Shown one piece after another: positions 1 to 12,600 of a stretch of 64,000 nt of DNA. This stretch comes from Antedon mediterranea (taxonomy: Eukaryota > Animalia > Echinodermata). Location of the stretch: NCBI RefSeq assembly GCF_964355755.1, contig NC_092678.1:14348371-14412370 (forward strand), written 5' to 3'. Both the position numbers and the translations under genes were made by a program. Under the pieces are notes generated by a model, which was not told where the DNA came from, ran no database searches, and saw only the letters and a program-made list of their open reading frames with translations. Position 1 is the stretch's first letter. Each line of letters starts with the position of its first letter.

Positions 1-677
1 CACTGAATTGTGTATGGTATAATTGAATTTAATGTATGATAATGAAAAATTAGTGGCTTAATTTAAAAAAAATTACGCATAGGCCTATATTACAGATTCT
101 TATTATTGATATCATTATGGACATAATCCTGAGTTGTGGAAATTAGGATATTTTATACGAATATATATTAGGCCTACTGATATACTGTAAATAAGACCTC
201 TTTAGTCCTACTTCACACGTTTACGTAGATCTATCTGATAAGAATTTGTTAATTATTTTATTTTTATCGGCACGTTGATTTCTACCTACCATGTAAACGC
301 ATGCAGCAAGTCAGATTTTCCTCCACAATGAATCTTCCGAGAAAGATCTTTTATTTATTTTCGATGCGCTTCCATTCAATTTTAAAATCGCTTTGATTCC
401 TGCCGCCTCAATCCATCAAGAGGAATGGCGGGGGATATTTGAACTCTGTGGTATATCTGGCTTAGGCCTAACCCTTTTGCGATTAATTCTTTCTAATAGT
501 TCTGTTGTAGGCTACATTTTCTTCCACGGGCTCGTCGTTTATATTATCAAGTAGACGGTCATTGATGACCGAGTCTACGCATTTATCTCGTATAAAATCG
601 CGTAGAGTTATCAAATTTAAATTGTGTTTATTTGTATCAATTATGTATGTTTGTTGCTGCTGTACATTGTCTACAAG

Positions 678-698
678 ATGTCCACCAGCCAAAAACAG
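678..698 (+). CDS. Candidate first coding exon (MSTSQKQ)
   Basis: acaagATG (A at -3), 7 codons, then cag|gtaaat. The phase-0 donor is compatible with the phase-0 ankyrin exons. Short, so it could be chance. Confidence 0.4.
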
Positions 699-3600
699 GT
701 AAATAAAACATGAAACACTAATATGCTTTCGTGATACATTTATAGCACTGTTCGGAAGTACTCATGATTGACTATCAATCCATTTTGTTCCCAAAAATGT
801 GAAAGATATATACTTTCCCATTAAATTTAATAAATTGAATATCACACGGCCATCCCAATTCCCTAACAAAACTATTGTTCATGTTTAAAAGTATTTATTT
901 AATGTGTCTGTAGTTCTAGTTAAATTGCTTTGCATAAAGCAGCATTGAGAAATATTTAGATTATTATTATAAACAACCACTAAAGTATTTATTCCTGTAC
1001 AAGGTCAGAAATCAAATTTCCCGCAAACTATTTTATAAAATCAGTGACCTATCTAATAGTAAATTGATTGGTTAATACCCAGTCAGTGAGGACCTGATTG
1101 ACAAGCAGTGCCTGTTTGCTATTGGTCATTGGTAAGAGGAAGTTGAAAATGGACAGCAAGTTATTCTTAACACTTGCAGTCTTAAATAAACACGCTGGCA
1201 TTTTTATTACACCACAGAGTATTATTCCTGTCAACTTATACCACAATTGACATGTTGAGGGGATAGGTCATCCACTGATTCAGTGGATGCCAAACGTAAC
1301 GCTAAAGTAGCCTGGTCCGTGTAATGCAGATAGACAAATAGAGTGAGTTGCTGAGTGGTTAAGACAGTGGAACCGTAGCCATAACGTAAGGGTTCGAGGC
1401 TCACTCGCTCCATAGTTCTGGTGGTAGAGAATTGAGTCTTCTGGGATAAGGACGATAAACCGTAGGTCCAGTGTACACATCTAGCTCATGTGCATTTTAA
1501 AGGAAGTAGTGCATATTATTTTTATAAGAGTAGGTGGTTACCCCGTTGTACTACATTCCTAAGCAGCCACAAACTAACTAACGAGGACCCTTCCTTCAAT
1601 AGAACTGGATAGGCCACCCTCATTAATTATGGTGATAAATAAAAATAAATAAAATCCGAACAAAAGAGATGGTAAATGTTATATTTACCATCTAAGATAC
1701 CAACAGAAAAGTTTAGGTTTAGTTCTACGAATTGATCATATATTTTATCAATAGATATCCATGCATGCATAAAAGTAGTTGAAGATGTATTGTCCCCCTG
1801 ACAAATAATTGTTTTACATTCATTCATTTGTTGAATATGTAATTTTAATGTCATGTAATAGTTATTAACTTTGACCAGAATTTGGATCAAAACAAAAAAT
1901 ATTTACCTAAGAAAACTGTAATGTAAAGCAGAACATTGTAAACTTGTCTGCCAGACAATGAATAAAAGTGAAATCATTATTTTCTTTGGTTTTTTTTCTT
2001 ATGTAATAGTTTTATTAAAACTGCAAACTCATCTATTCATAGTCTGAATTTATAGCTCTTTAATTTTCATGATTTTGGGGGCAATACATCTTTAATTAAT
2101 AATATTAATTATTATTATATGGTAGCCAATCACCAAAAATGGTTGTTGCCCATAACGGCCATACATCATTGTACAACCTTGAATCTTTCAACCACCCGAT
2201 TCCTTCCACTGGAATATCTAGCTGTGTGTCAGACAATTTTAATTTAATATGAAACTGCTGTTCTAATTAAATTTGGTATCATATGTTACTTTTACTGTTG
2301 TTATCAATTATTAAAAAGTAGCTGTTTGGTCTGGATGTAATGTGGTTTTCTCACACTATAAGCAGCAAATTTTATCTGATGTTTTTGATATTATGATGAT
2401 ATATTTTCTGTTTTAAATATCGCTAACAATCTAGCTGAAACCACTTTTCAATTATTAGTTGTATCATCATCCTCACCATCTCCCTTTCTAATACATCTCT
2501 TATCACCATTGTTGATCATCTTTTGAACCACTTTCCGATTTGCTGGAACCATTTTAATCAACTGAGCCAATGTAAGATGCAATGCCTCGCGAGCTTATGA
2601 ATACGTTGTAATAAGCCAGCTTTACTCCAATTCTGGTTTTGTAGTTGTTCAAAAGTCTCCTATATTTGGCAAACTCGTCCGCAAATTCAGTTCAACATTA
2701 CCGGTTCCCATTTCCATATAAATGCATGTTTTCAGTTGTTTATTACACAACAGTATTTCATTTCATTATTTTTTCTGTCTATTTCAATATATACATAACA
2801 AATGGTCAACCTAAGTGAACTTAATCACTGTAGCGAAGCCGGTTGACCCAACTCTAAAGTTATTTATAAGACTCATTATATATATCTACAACAGACTGGT
2901 TACGACAAGCAAATACAGCTGGACACCTCTAGCGTTCGTGGTATGGAGATCAAATATCTTAATGGGAAACGAAATAATATACAAATATATTTGTTGAATT
3001 ATCCGCATCGTTTGTTTAATTAAATTGTTTATTGTATGGATAATACGTGTGATTTATACTGCACTTGGGAGAAAGTTGTCTTACGTATGTTTTCATTAGT
3101 ATGTAATAATATATCTTCATAAAGGCGGTTTACGATATAGCAACTACACGGAGAGGTATCTTTCATCGTGTTTAGTTCAAGTGTATAGTTAGGTTGACGT
3201 TCAGAACTATAAGTGTGACAGAAAGCATTGTTTACGTTAACCTGTATAGCATAAACTACACGATTATGATTTCTTTTATGATTCTGTAAAATTACAAAAT
3301 AAGAGACAATTGATATAATTCGGACTACGTTCACAGGATATGGACAAGAAAAACGTTTTATTTACATTTCTTAGTGTGTAATTGTTTATCATTATCTAAC
3401 TATAATTATTTGCTGCAATACACTGTATATATAAACCACATGATTATAATTTCTCTACAGAACGGAAACACCCCGCTGCATGAATACATGCGTTCAAATG
3501 GACCTAAATTAGAAGTAGTAAACTATCTCACGAAGCAAGGTGCATTAGTAGCAGCACTAAATAAGGTAATTATGTCTAGAAATAATTTATATGATTACAC

Positions 3601-6600
3601 CTATAACGTACTTATGATCTGAGCCGCAAACCTATCGTATCCACTTTATTTTATATCATATTACAATTGATTGAGTTAGCCTATTTAGAATTACTTGCTG
3701 CAATACTTATTTAGTAGTAATTAAACAAGATCCTACTATTATTGTTAGATTGATATTTTTTGCAATGAAATTATTAATTGAACTATGTTTTATGTAGACA
3801 TAGTATTATATTGTTGAATTTAGAATCATGACAGAAAGCAATGTTGACATAAATCTGTATGTATAAACTACACGATTATGATTTATTTTATCAGTAACAT
3901 TGCAAAATAAGGGAATGCACAGATAATATTGATATAATTCATTCTACGTTCACAGCAAAACCTTTTATTTCAATTTCTTTGAGTAATATTTATCATTACC
4001 TAACTATAATCATTTGCTGCAATACACTGTATATGTATAAACTTCATGATTATAATTTCTCTACAGAACGGAAACACTCCATTGCATGAATACATGCGTT
4101 CAAATAAACCTACCTTAGAAGTATTAGACTATCTCACGAAGCAAGGTGCATCCGTAACAGCACTAAATAAGGTAATATGGGCTAGAGATAATGTATATGA
4201 TTACACCTATAACGTACGTATGATCTACACCACAAATATATTTTTGCATCATTTTTAGTCGCGTGGACGCAACTCTATGCCGGTCGGTCGGTCGGTCTGT
4301 CTGTCTGTCTGTCTGTCCGGTATCACTATGCGTTTTATCGCTTTTCTGTACTTTTTGAACTGTTTTGATGTAAAGAAAAGATTTAACGTATATTACTTTT
4401 TGAAAGTTCATTTTTTTCTGAGAGCACGCGACTTATGGCTGTTGGCCTTGTTTACCTTTAAACGTAGGAAGGTATTGTACTGTATGTTAATTATTATTAA
4501 TTCTCTTGGTATAAATAATACATTTTAGCGACTTTCGATTTAATTTGATTTAAGAATATTTATTTTTTTTGAATATATATGCTCTACATACACATCTAAT
4601 TGGTAGATATGTTGAACCTACGTTAGGAATAGTGACTTATCTCATTAATTTAATTTGTTATTGTATAATATGATTATATATATAATATTGTATATATATT
4701 ACCTATGAGGTAATAGGGATAGATATAATTTATATACTAGATAAAAAAAATAAGATGGAAATAACACAGATCGAATAAAATATATTGACTTTACTTATTG
4801 TTAGATATCATCTTTTTAAAGGACAATCACCTCTCTTTAGCGACCACTACCCCTTTAATTAAATTAGTGACCACCACTTTTAATGAACCACCACCTCTTG
4901 TAAGCGTCCATCTCTTTTAAAGGATCACCACACGTAAGAAAGGTGGTTGCTTATGATATATGTGTTACATAATAGTTTAAAGGACATTGGAAACCATAAT
5001 CAATTCAAATATACACTTAATAAACACATCTTCTGCATTGCAACTTATGATTTAATTAGGATTTGCTTGTTAATTAAGATTGTTGGTGTATGTTGTTTTT
5101 TTTTATATCGGGAGTCCTTATGGAAACAAGCTCTAGAGCTTATATAGTTGTCATCTTGCTCTCATCCTGTCATTTTATTATATGTATTTGTAATACAGTA
5201 TTGATGAATGAGCAACAAATATTAAACAAACAAACGTTCTGCCATTCCTTATAATTGTATGAGTAAAAAGTATGAGTATTCCTGTATCTGAAGTGTTTGT
5301 GAACACAATATGTCTTATAATATTCATATTGCATCAGCCACAAAACAACAACAATCAATCAAGGTATCAGTTGTGTCTAACAATAAGAATAAGAATCCTT
5401 ATATTTGATGTTTTATGATTTATTCACAGAATGGATACACACCGATAGATATTTATCTGGAGCGTGATGAGGTTAAATTAGAGATATTGTACTGTCTGAT
5501 AACCAATGGAGAATCACCAACATTACCAAAAGAGGTAATTTGACAACAATTTTAAATTGCAATAGTATGGCATACTGGTAATAGTACAGTATGCTTAATG
5601 ATAATTATTATGTTTTGCTTTGTTTTTTACCTTGAAACTTAAGAAGGTATTGTACTATATTATGTTAATTATTATTAACATGATGGAACTTCTCTTGGTA
5701 TAAATAATACATTTTAGCGACTTTCGATTAATTTGATTTAAAAATATCTATTTATTAAAAATATAATATTTTAAATTTTTTTTAGGATGGAAGCAATGCT
5801 CTACATATACATCTAAGTGGTAGATATGTTAAACCTACGTTAGGAATAGTGACTAATCTCATTAAACTTGGTGTATCTCAAACATTACAGAATAAGGTAA
5901 AGTACATAAGAGTGGTTATTATATTCCCGTGATCTAACATTGTGTAATTATCGTGTGGGACACAAACACACCTCAGATCACGAGTGTGGTGTTGTTCATA
6001 ACTCTATACCTGCACAAGAGTGGTTACAGCAAGCAAATACAGTTGGACACCACTAACGTTCGTGGTACCGAGATTAAATCTCTAAATAGGAAAAGAAAAT
6101 ATATATTTTTGTAATTATCCGCATCCTTTGTTTAATTTAATTTGTTATTGTATAAAATAAGTACGTGTGATTTGTAATGAACTTGAGAGAAAAGTCTTCA
6201 ATATTATGTAATAATATATCTTCATATCACATAGCATGAGGTAATATGGATAGAGATAATTTATATGCTAGGTAAAAAAAAATAAATAAGATGGAAATAA
6301 CACAGATCAATTAAAATATATTGACTTTACTTCTTGATAGATATCATCTTTGTAAAGGACCATCACCTCTCTTAATGGGCCACTACCCTTTAATTAATTT
6401 AGTGACCACCACTTTTAAAGAACCCCAACCTCTCTTGTAAGCGTCCATTACATTTAAAGGATCACCACACGTAAGAATGGTGGTTGCTTACGATATATGT
6501 GTCACATAATAGTTTAAAGGACATTAGAAACCATAATCAATTCAAATATACACTTAAACACATCTTCTGCATTGCAACTTATGATTTAATTAGGATTTGC

Positions 6601-9600
6601 TTGTTAATTATAGATTGTTGGTGTATGTTGTTTTTTTATGTCGGGAGTCCTTATGGAAACAAGCTCTAGAGCTTATAGAGTTATCATCTTGCTCTCATCC
6701 TGTCATTTTATTATATGTATTTGTAATACTGTATTTATGAATGAGCAACAAATATAAAACAAACAAACGTTCTGCCATTCCTTATAATTGTATGAGTAAA
6801 AAAGCATGAGTATTCCTGTATCTGAAGTGTTTGTAAACACAATATTTCTTATAATATTCATATTGCATCAGCCACAAACAACAACAATCAATTATGTTAT
6901 CAGTTGTGTCTAACAATAAGAATAAGAATCCTTATATTTTATGTTTATGATTTATTCACAGAATGGATACACACCGATAAATATTTATCTGGAGCGTGAT
7001 GATGTTAAATTAGAGATATTGTACTGTCTGATAACCAATGGTGAATCACCAGCATTACCAAAAGAGGTAATTTGACAAAAATGTTAAATTGCAATAGTAT
7101 GGCATACTGGTAATAGTACAGTATGCTTAATGATAATTATTATGTTTTGCTTTGTTTTTTACCTTGAAACTTAAGAAGGTATTGTACTATATGTTAGTTA
7201 TTATTAACATGATGCAACTTCTCTTGGTATAAATAATACATTTTAGCGACTTTAAAAATATTTATTTATTAAAAATATAACATTTTTTTTATTTTTTTAG
7301 GAAGGAAGCAATGCTCTACATATACATCTAAGTGGTAGATATGTTAAACCTACGTTAGAAATAGTAACTAATCTCATTAAACTTGGTGTATCTCCAACAT
7401 TACAGAATAAGGTAAAGTACATAAGAGTAAGCATATATTCACGTGATCTAACATTGTGTAATTATGGGATGGGACTCAAACACACCTCAGATCACGAGTA
7501 TGGTGTTGTTCATAACTCAGCTCTATACCTGAACAAGTGTGGTTACAGCAATCAAATACAGTTGGACACCACTAACGTTCGTGGTACCGAAATTAAATCT
7601 CTAAATAGGAAATGAAAATATATATTTTTTTTAATTATCCGCATCCTTTGTTTAATTTAAATTGTTATTGTATAAAATAAGTACGTGTGATTTATAATGA
7701 ACTTGAGAGAAAAGTGCCTTACGTACGTCTTCAATATTATGTAATAATAATATATCTTCATATCACATAGCATGAGGTAATAGGGATAGAGATAATTTAT
7801 ATACTAGATAAAAAAATAAATAAGATGGAAATAACACAGATCAATTAAAATATATATTAATTAATTTAGTGACCACCACTTTTAAAGAACTACCACCTAT
7901 TGTAAGCGTCCATCTCTTTTAAAGGATCACCACACGTATGAAAGGTGGTTGCTTACGATATATATTATGTGACACATATTGTGTCACATAATAGTTTAAA
8001 GGACATTGGAAACCATAATCAATTCAAGTATACACTTAAACATATCTTCTGCATTGCAACTTATGATTTAATTAGGATTTGCTTGTTAATTAAGATTGTT
8101 GGTGTATGTTGTTTTTTTATGTCGGGAGTCCTTATGGAAACAAGCTCTACAGCTTATAGAGTTATCATCTTGCTCTCATCCTGTCATTTTATTATATGTA
8201 TTTGTAATACAGTATTGATGAATGAGCAACAGATATAAAACAAACAAACGTTTTGCCATTCCTTATAATTGTATAAGTAAAAAGTATGAGTGTTCCTGTA
8301 TCTGAAGTGTTTTGTAAACACAAAATGTCTTATAATATTCATATTGCATCAGCCGCAAAACAACAACAGTCAATTATGTTATCAGTTGTGTCTAACAATA
8401 AGAATAAGAATCATTATATTTGATGTTTTATGATTTATTCACAGTATGGATACACACCGATAAATATTTATCTGGAGCGTGATGATGTTAAATTAGAGAT
8501 ATTGTACTGTCTGATAACCAATGGTGAATCACCAGCATTACCAAAAGAGGTAATTTGACAACAATTTTAAATTGCAATAGTATGGCATACTGGTAATAGT
8601 ATGCTTAAAATAATGATAATTATTATTTTTGCTTCGTTTTTTTACCTTCAAACTTAAGAAGGTATTGTACTATATGTTAATTATTAAAAACATGAGGCAA
8701 CTTCTCTTGGTATAAATAATACATTTTAGCGACTTTCGATTAATTTGATTTAAAAATATTTATTTATTAAAAATATAACATTTTTTTTTTTTTAGGAAGG
8801 AAGCAATGCTCTACATATACATCTAAGTGGTAGATATGTTAAACCTACGTTAGGAATAGTGACTAATCTCATTAAACTTGGTGTATCTCCAACATTACAG
8901 AATAAGGTAAAGTACATAAGAGTGGGCATATATTCCCGTGATCTAACATTATGTAATTATCAGGTGGCACTCAAACACACCTCAGATCACGAATGTGATG
9001 TTGTTCATAACTCTATACCTGCACAAGAGTGGTTACAGCAACCAAATACAGTTGGACAACACTAGCGTTCGTGGTACCGAGATTAAATCTATAAATAGGA
9101 AATGAAAATATATAAATTTGTAATTATCCGCATCCTTTGCTTAATTTAATTTTGTATTTTATAAAAAAAGTACGTATGATTTATAATGAACTTGAGAGAA
9201 AAGTGGCCTACGTAAGTAAAGTCGAAACATAAGCTAATGCTAATGGCCTTGGTACCCATCTCCATTTCCTTAGCGTTTGGGCCAGGCTCCACTAAGTGTG
9301 TATGTGTGCGTGGGTACGGACGCCACTCCTCCCGCACACACGAGTCTGATTTACCTTCCCAGTACTTTTAACATACCGGTACCAATTTCTATCACCTGGG
9401 TGGGGAGGAACAATGTGGATAGAGAATCTTGCTCAAGGACTCAACACCGCAGTGGCCGGGCCGGGCTTGAACCGGCAACCTCTTGATTGCAAGTCCAATG
9501 CTCTAACCACTGCGCCACACAGTGCTCCACTAAGTGCTGCCTTACATACGTCTTCATTATTATGTAATATTACATCTTCATATCACATAGCATAAGGTAA

Positions 9601-12600
9601 TAGGGATAGAGATAATTTATTGATTGAATTATCAATTTAACTATGTTTTATGTGGACATGTCATTATAAAAATTATGGTTGAATTTAGAATGATGACTGG
9701 AAGCAATGTTCACATTAATCTTAATGTATAAACTACACAATTATGATTTCTTTTGTCAGTAAATTTGCAAAATTAGTGAATCCACAGACAATTGATATAA
9801 TTAGGTCTACGTTCAGAGTATACGCACCAGCAAAACCTTTTATTTTAATTTAGTTGTGTATCATTTATCATTGCATAACTAAAGTGATTTTCTGCAATAA
9901 CCTGTATGTATAATGTCTTTATTGGATGGAAACACCCCGCTGCATGAATACATGCGTTCAAATAAATCTACCTTAGAAGTAGTAAACTATCTCAGGAAAC
10001 AAGGTGCTTACAGCACTAAATAAGGCAATATAGGGTTACAGATAAGTTATTATAATCACACCTATAACGTACGTATGATCTGCACCGCAACAATATCTTA
10101 TCCACATATTTTATATCATGTTACAATTGATTAAGTTATTTAGAATTACTTGCTGCAATAGTTATTTAGTAGATACTAAACGAGATATTACAGTTATTGT
10201 GAGATTGGTATATTGACTATATTTTATGTGGACATGTCATTATAAAAGAGCTGAATTTAGAATCATGACACAAAGCAATGTTTACGTTAACTATTAATTA
10301 TGATTTCTGTTATGATTCTGTAAAATTACAATATAAGAAACAATTGATATAATTCGGTCTACGTTCACAGGATATGCACTAGAAAAACGTTTTATTTCAA
10401 TTTCTTTTTGTATTTTGTTTATCATTATCTAACTATAAATATTTGCCACAATACACTGTTTGTATAAACTTCATGATTATAATTTCTTGAAAGGACGGAA
10501 ACACTCCGCTGCACGAATGCATGCGTTCAAATGAACCTATCTTAGAAGTAGTAGACTATCTCACGAAGCAAGGTGCATCCGTAACAGCACTAAATAAGGT
10601 AAAATATGGCTACAGATAAGTTATATGATTACACCTAACGTCGGTGAAATTATGTTTATTTATCTATTTTTTACCTTATTTAACAATGTAATGTTTTGGT
10701 GTAATGTCACTTCCAACAATGGCATCAAAATAATCAATAAGGATACGAATGAAATTAGGACTGGAAGAACACGCCGCGGAATGTTCAAACGTTTCTATTC
10801 CAGTACGAATACTACTTTCAATTACAACCTAACTATCTCATATTGCATCTTGCATAACACTCAACATCTCCTTACCACAATACTAATTTTCGAATAGATT
10901 CCAATATATTGATGGTGTGTGCTACTGATATTTTGTACGCTTAATAATAAACTTCTTCATAATAATTGTTTTCTCTATAGGACAGAAACACCCCGCTGCA
11001 TGGATACATGCGTTCAAATAAACCTACCTTAGAAGTAGTAAACTATCTCACAATGAAGGGTGCATCAATAACAGCACTAAATAAGGTAATATAAGTTTAA
11101 AAATAATTTATATGATTACACCTATAACGTACGTATGATCTGCGCCGCAACAATATCTTATCCACTTATTTCATATCATATTACAATTGATTGAGTTATT
11201 TAGAATTACTTGCTGCAATAATTATTTAGTAGAAATTAAAGAAGATCCTACAGTTATTGTGAGATTGGTATATTGACTATGTTTTATGTGGACATATCAT
11301 TATAAAAGAGCTGAATTTAGAATCATGACAGAAAGCAGTGTTCACATTAATCTGTATGTATAAACTACATGATTATGATTTCTTTTATGATTCTGTAAAA
11401 TTAATATAAGAGACAATTGATAATTCGGTCTACGTTCACAGGATATGCACAAGAAAATTTTTTTATTTAAATTTCTTTGTGTGTATTGTTTATCATTTTC
11501 TAACTATAATTATTTGCTGCAATACACTGTTTGTATAAACTTCATGATTATAATTTCTTGAAAGGACGGAAACACCCCGCTGCATGAATACATGCGTTCA
11601 AATAAACCTAGCTTAGACGTAGTAGACTATCTCACGAAGCAAGGTGCATCCGTAACAGCACTAAATAAGGTAATATATGGCTACAGATAAGTTATACGAT
11701 TACACCTAACGTCGGCGAAATTATGTTTATGTATCTATTTTTAACCAAATTTAAAAATGTAATGTTTTGGTGTGATGTCACTTACAACAATGGCATCAAA
11801 ATAATCAATAAGGATACGAATGAATTATGACCGGAAGAACACGCCGCGGAATGTTCAAACGTTTCTATTCCAGTACGATTACTACAGTCAATATTACAAC
11901 CTAACTATCTCATATTGCATCTTCCATAACACTCAACATCTCCTTACCACAATACTAATTTTCGAATAGATTCCAATATATTCATGGTATGTGCTACTGT
12001 TATTTTTTACGTTTAATAATAAACTTCGTCATAATAATTTTTTTCTCTATAGGACGGAAACACCCCGCTGCATGAATACATGCGTTCAAATAAACCTACC
12101 TTAGAAGTAGTAAACTATCTCAAGAAACAAGGTGCTTCAATAACAGCACAAAATAAGGTGATATAAGTCTAGAAATAATGTTTATGATTACACCTATAAC
12201 GTACGTATGATCTGCACCGCAAAAATATTTTATCCACTTTATTTCATATCATATTACAATTGATTGAGATATTTGGAATTACTTGCTGCAATAATATTAT
12301 TATTTAGTAGTAATTAAACAAGATCCTACAGTTATTGTGAGATTGGTATATTGACTAAGTTTTATGTGGTCATGTCATTATAAAACAGCTGAATTTAGAA
12401 TCATGACAGAAAGCAGTGTTCACATTAATCTGTATGTATAAACTACATGATTATGATTTCTTTTATGATTCTGTAAAATTACAATATAAGAGACAATTGA
12501 TATAATTCGGTCTACGTTCACAGGATATGCACAAGAAAAACGTTTTATTTAAATGTCTTTGTGTGTATTGTTTATCATTATCTAACTATAATAATTTGCT

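Noticed and set aside
2190-2600. Minus-strand LINE 5'/ORF1 remnant
   Set aside because: Suggestive composition only; no diagnostic motif could be read.
4947-8238. Repeated short ORFs (HNSLKDIGNHNQFKY...) as a peptide family
   Set aside because: These are duplicated intron sequence with frame-breaking indels between copies, so there is no coding constraint.
9440-9525. tRNA gene (also 1340-1412)
   Set aside because: A and B boxes are present but run straight into SINE body domains, and no clean cloverleaf is evident.
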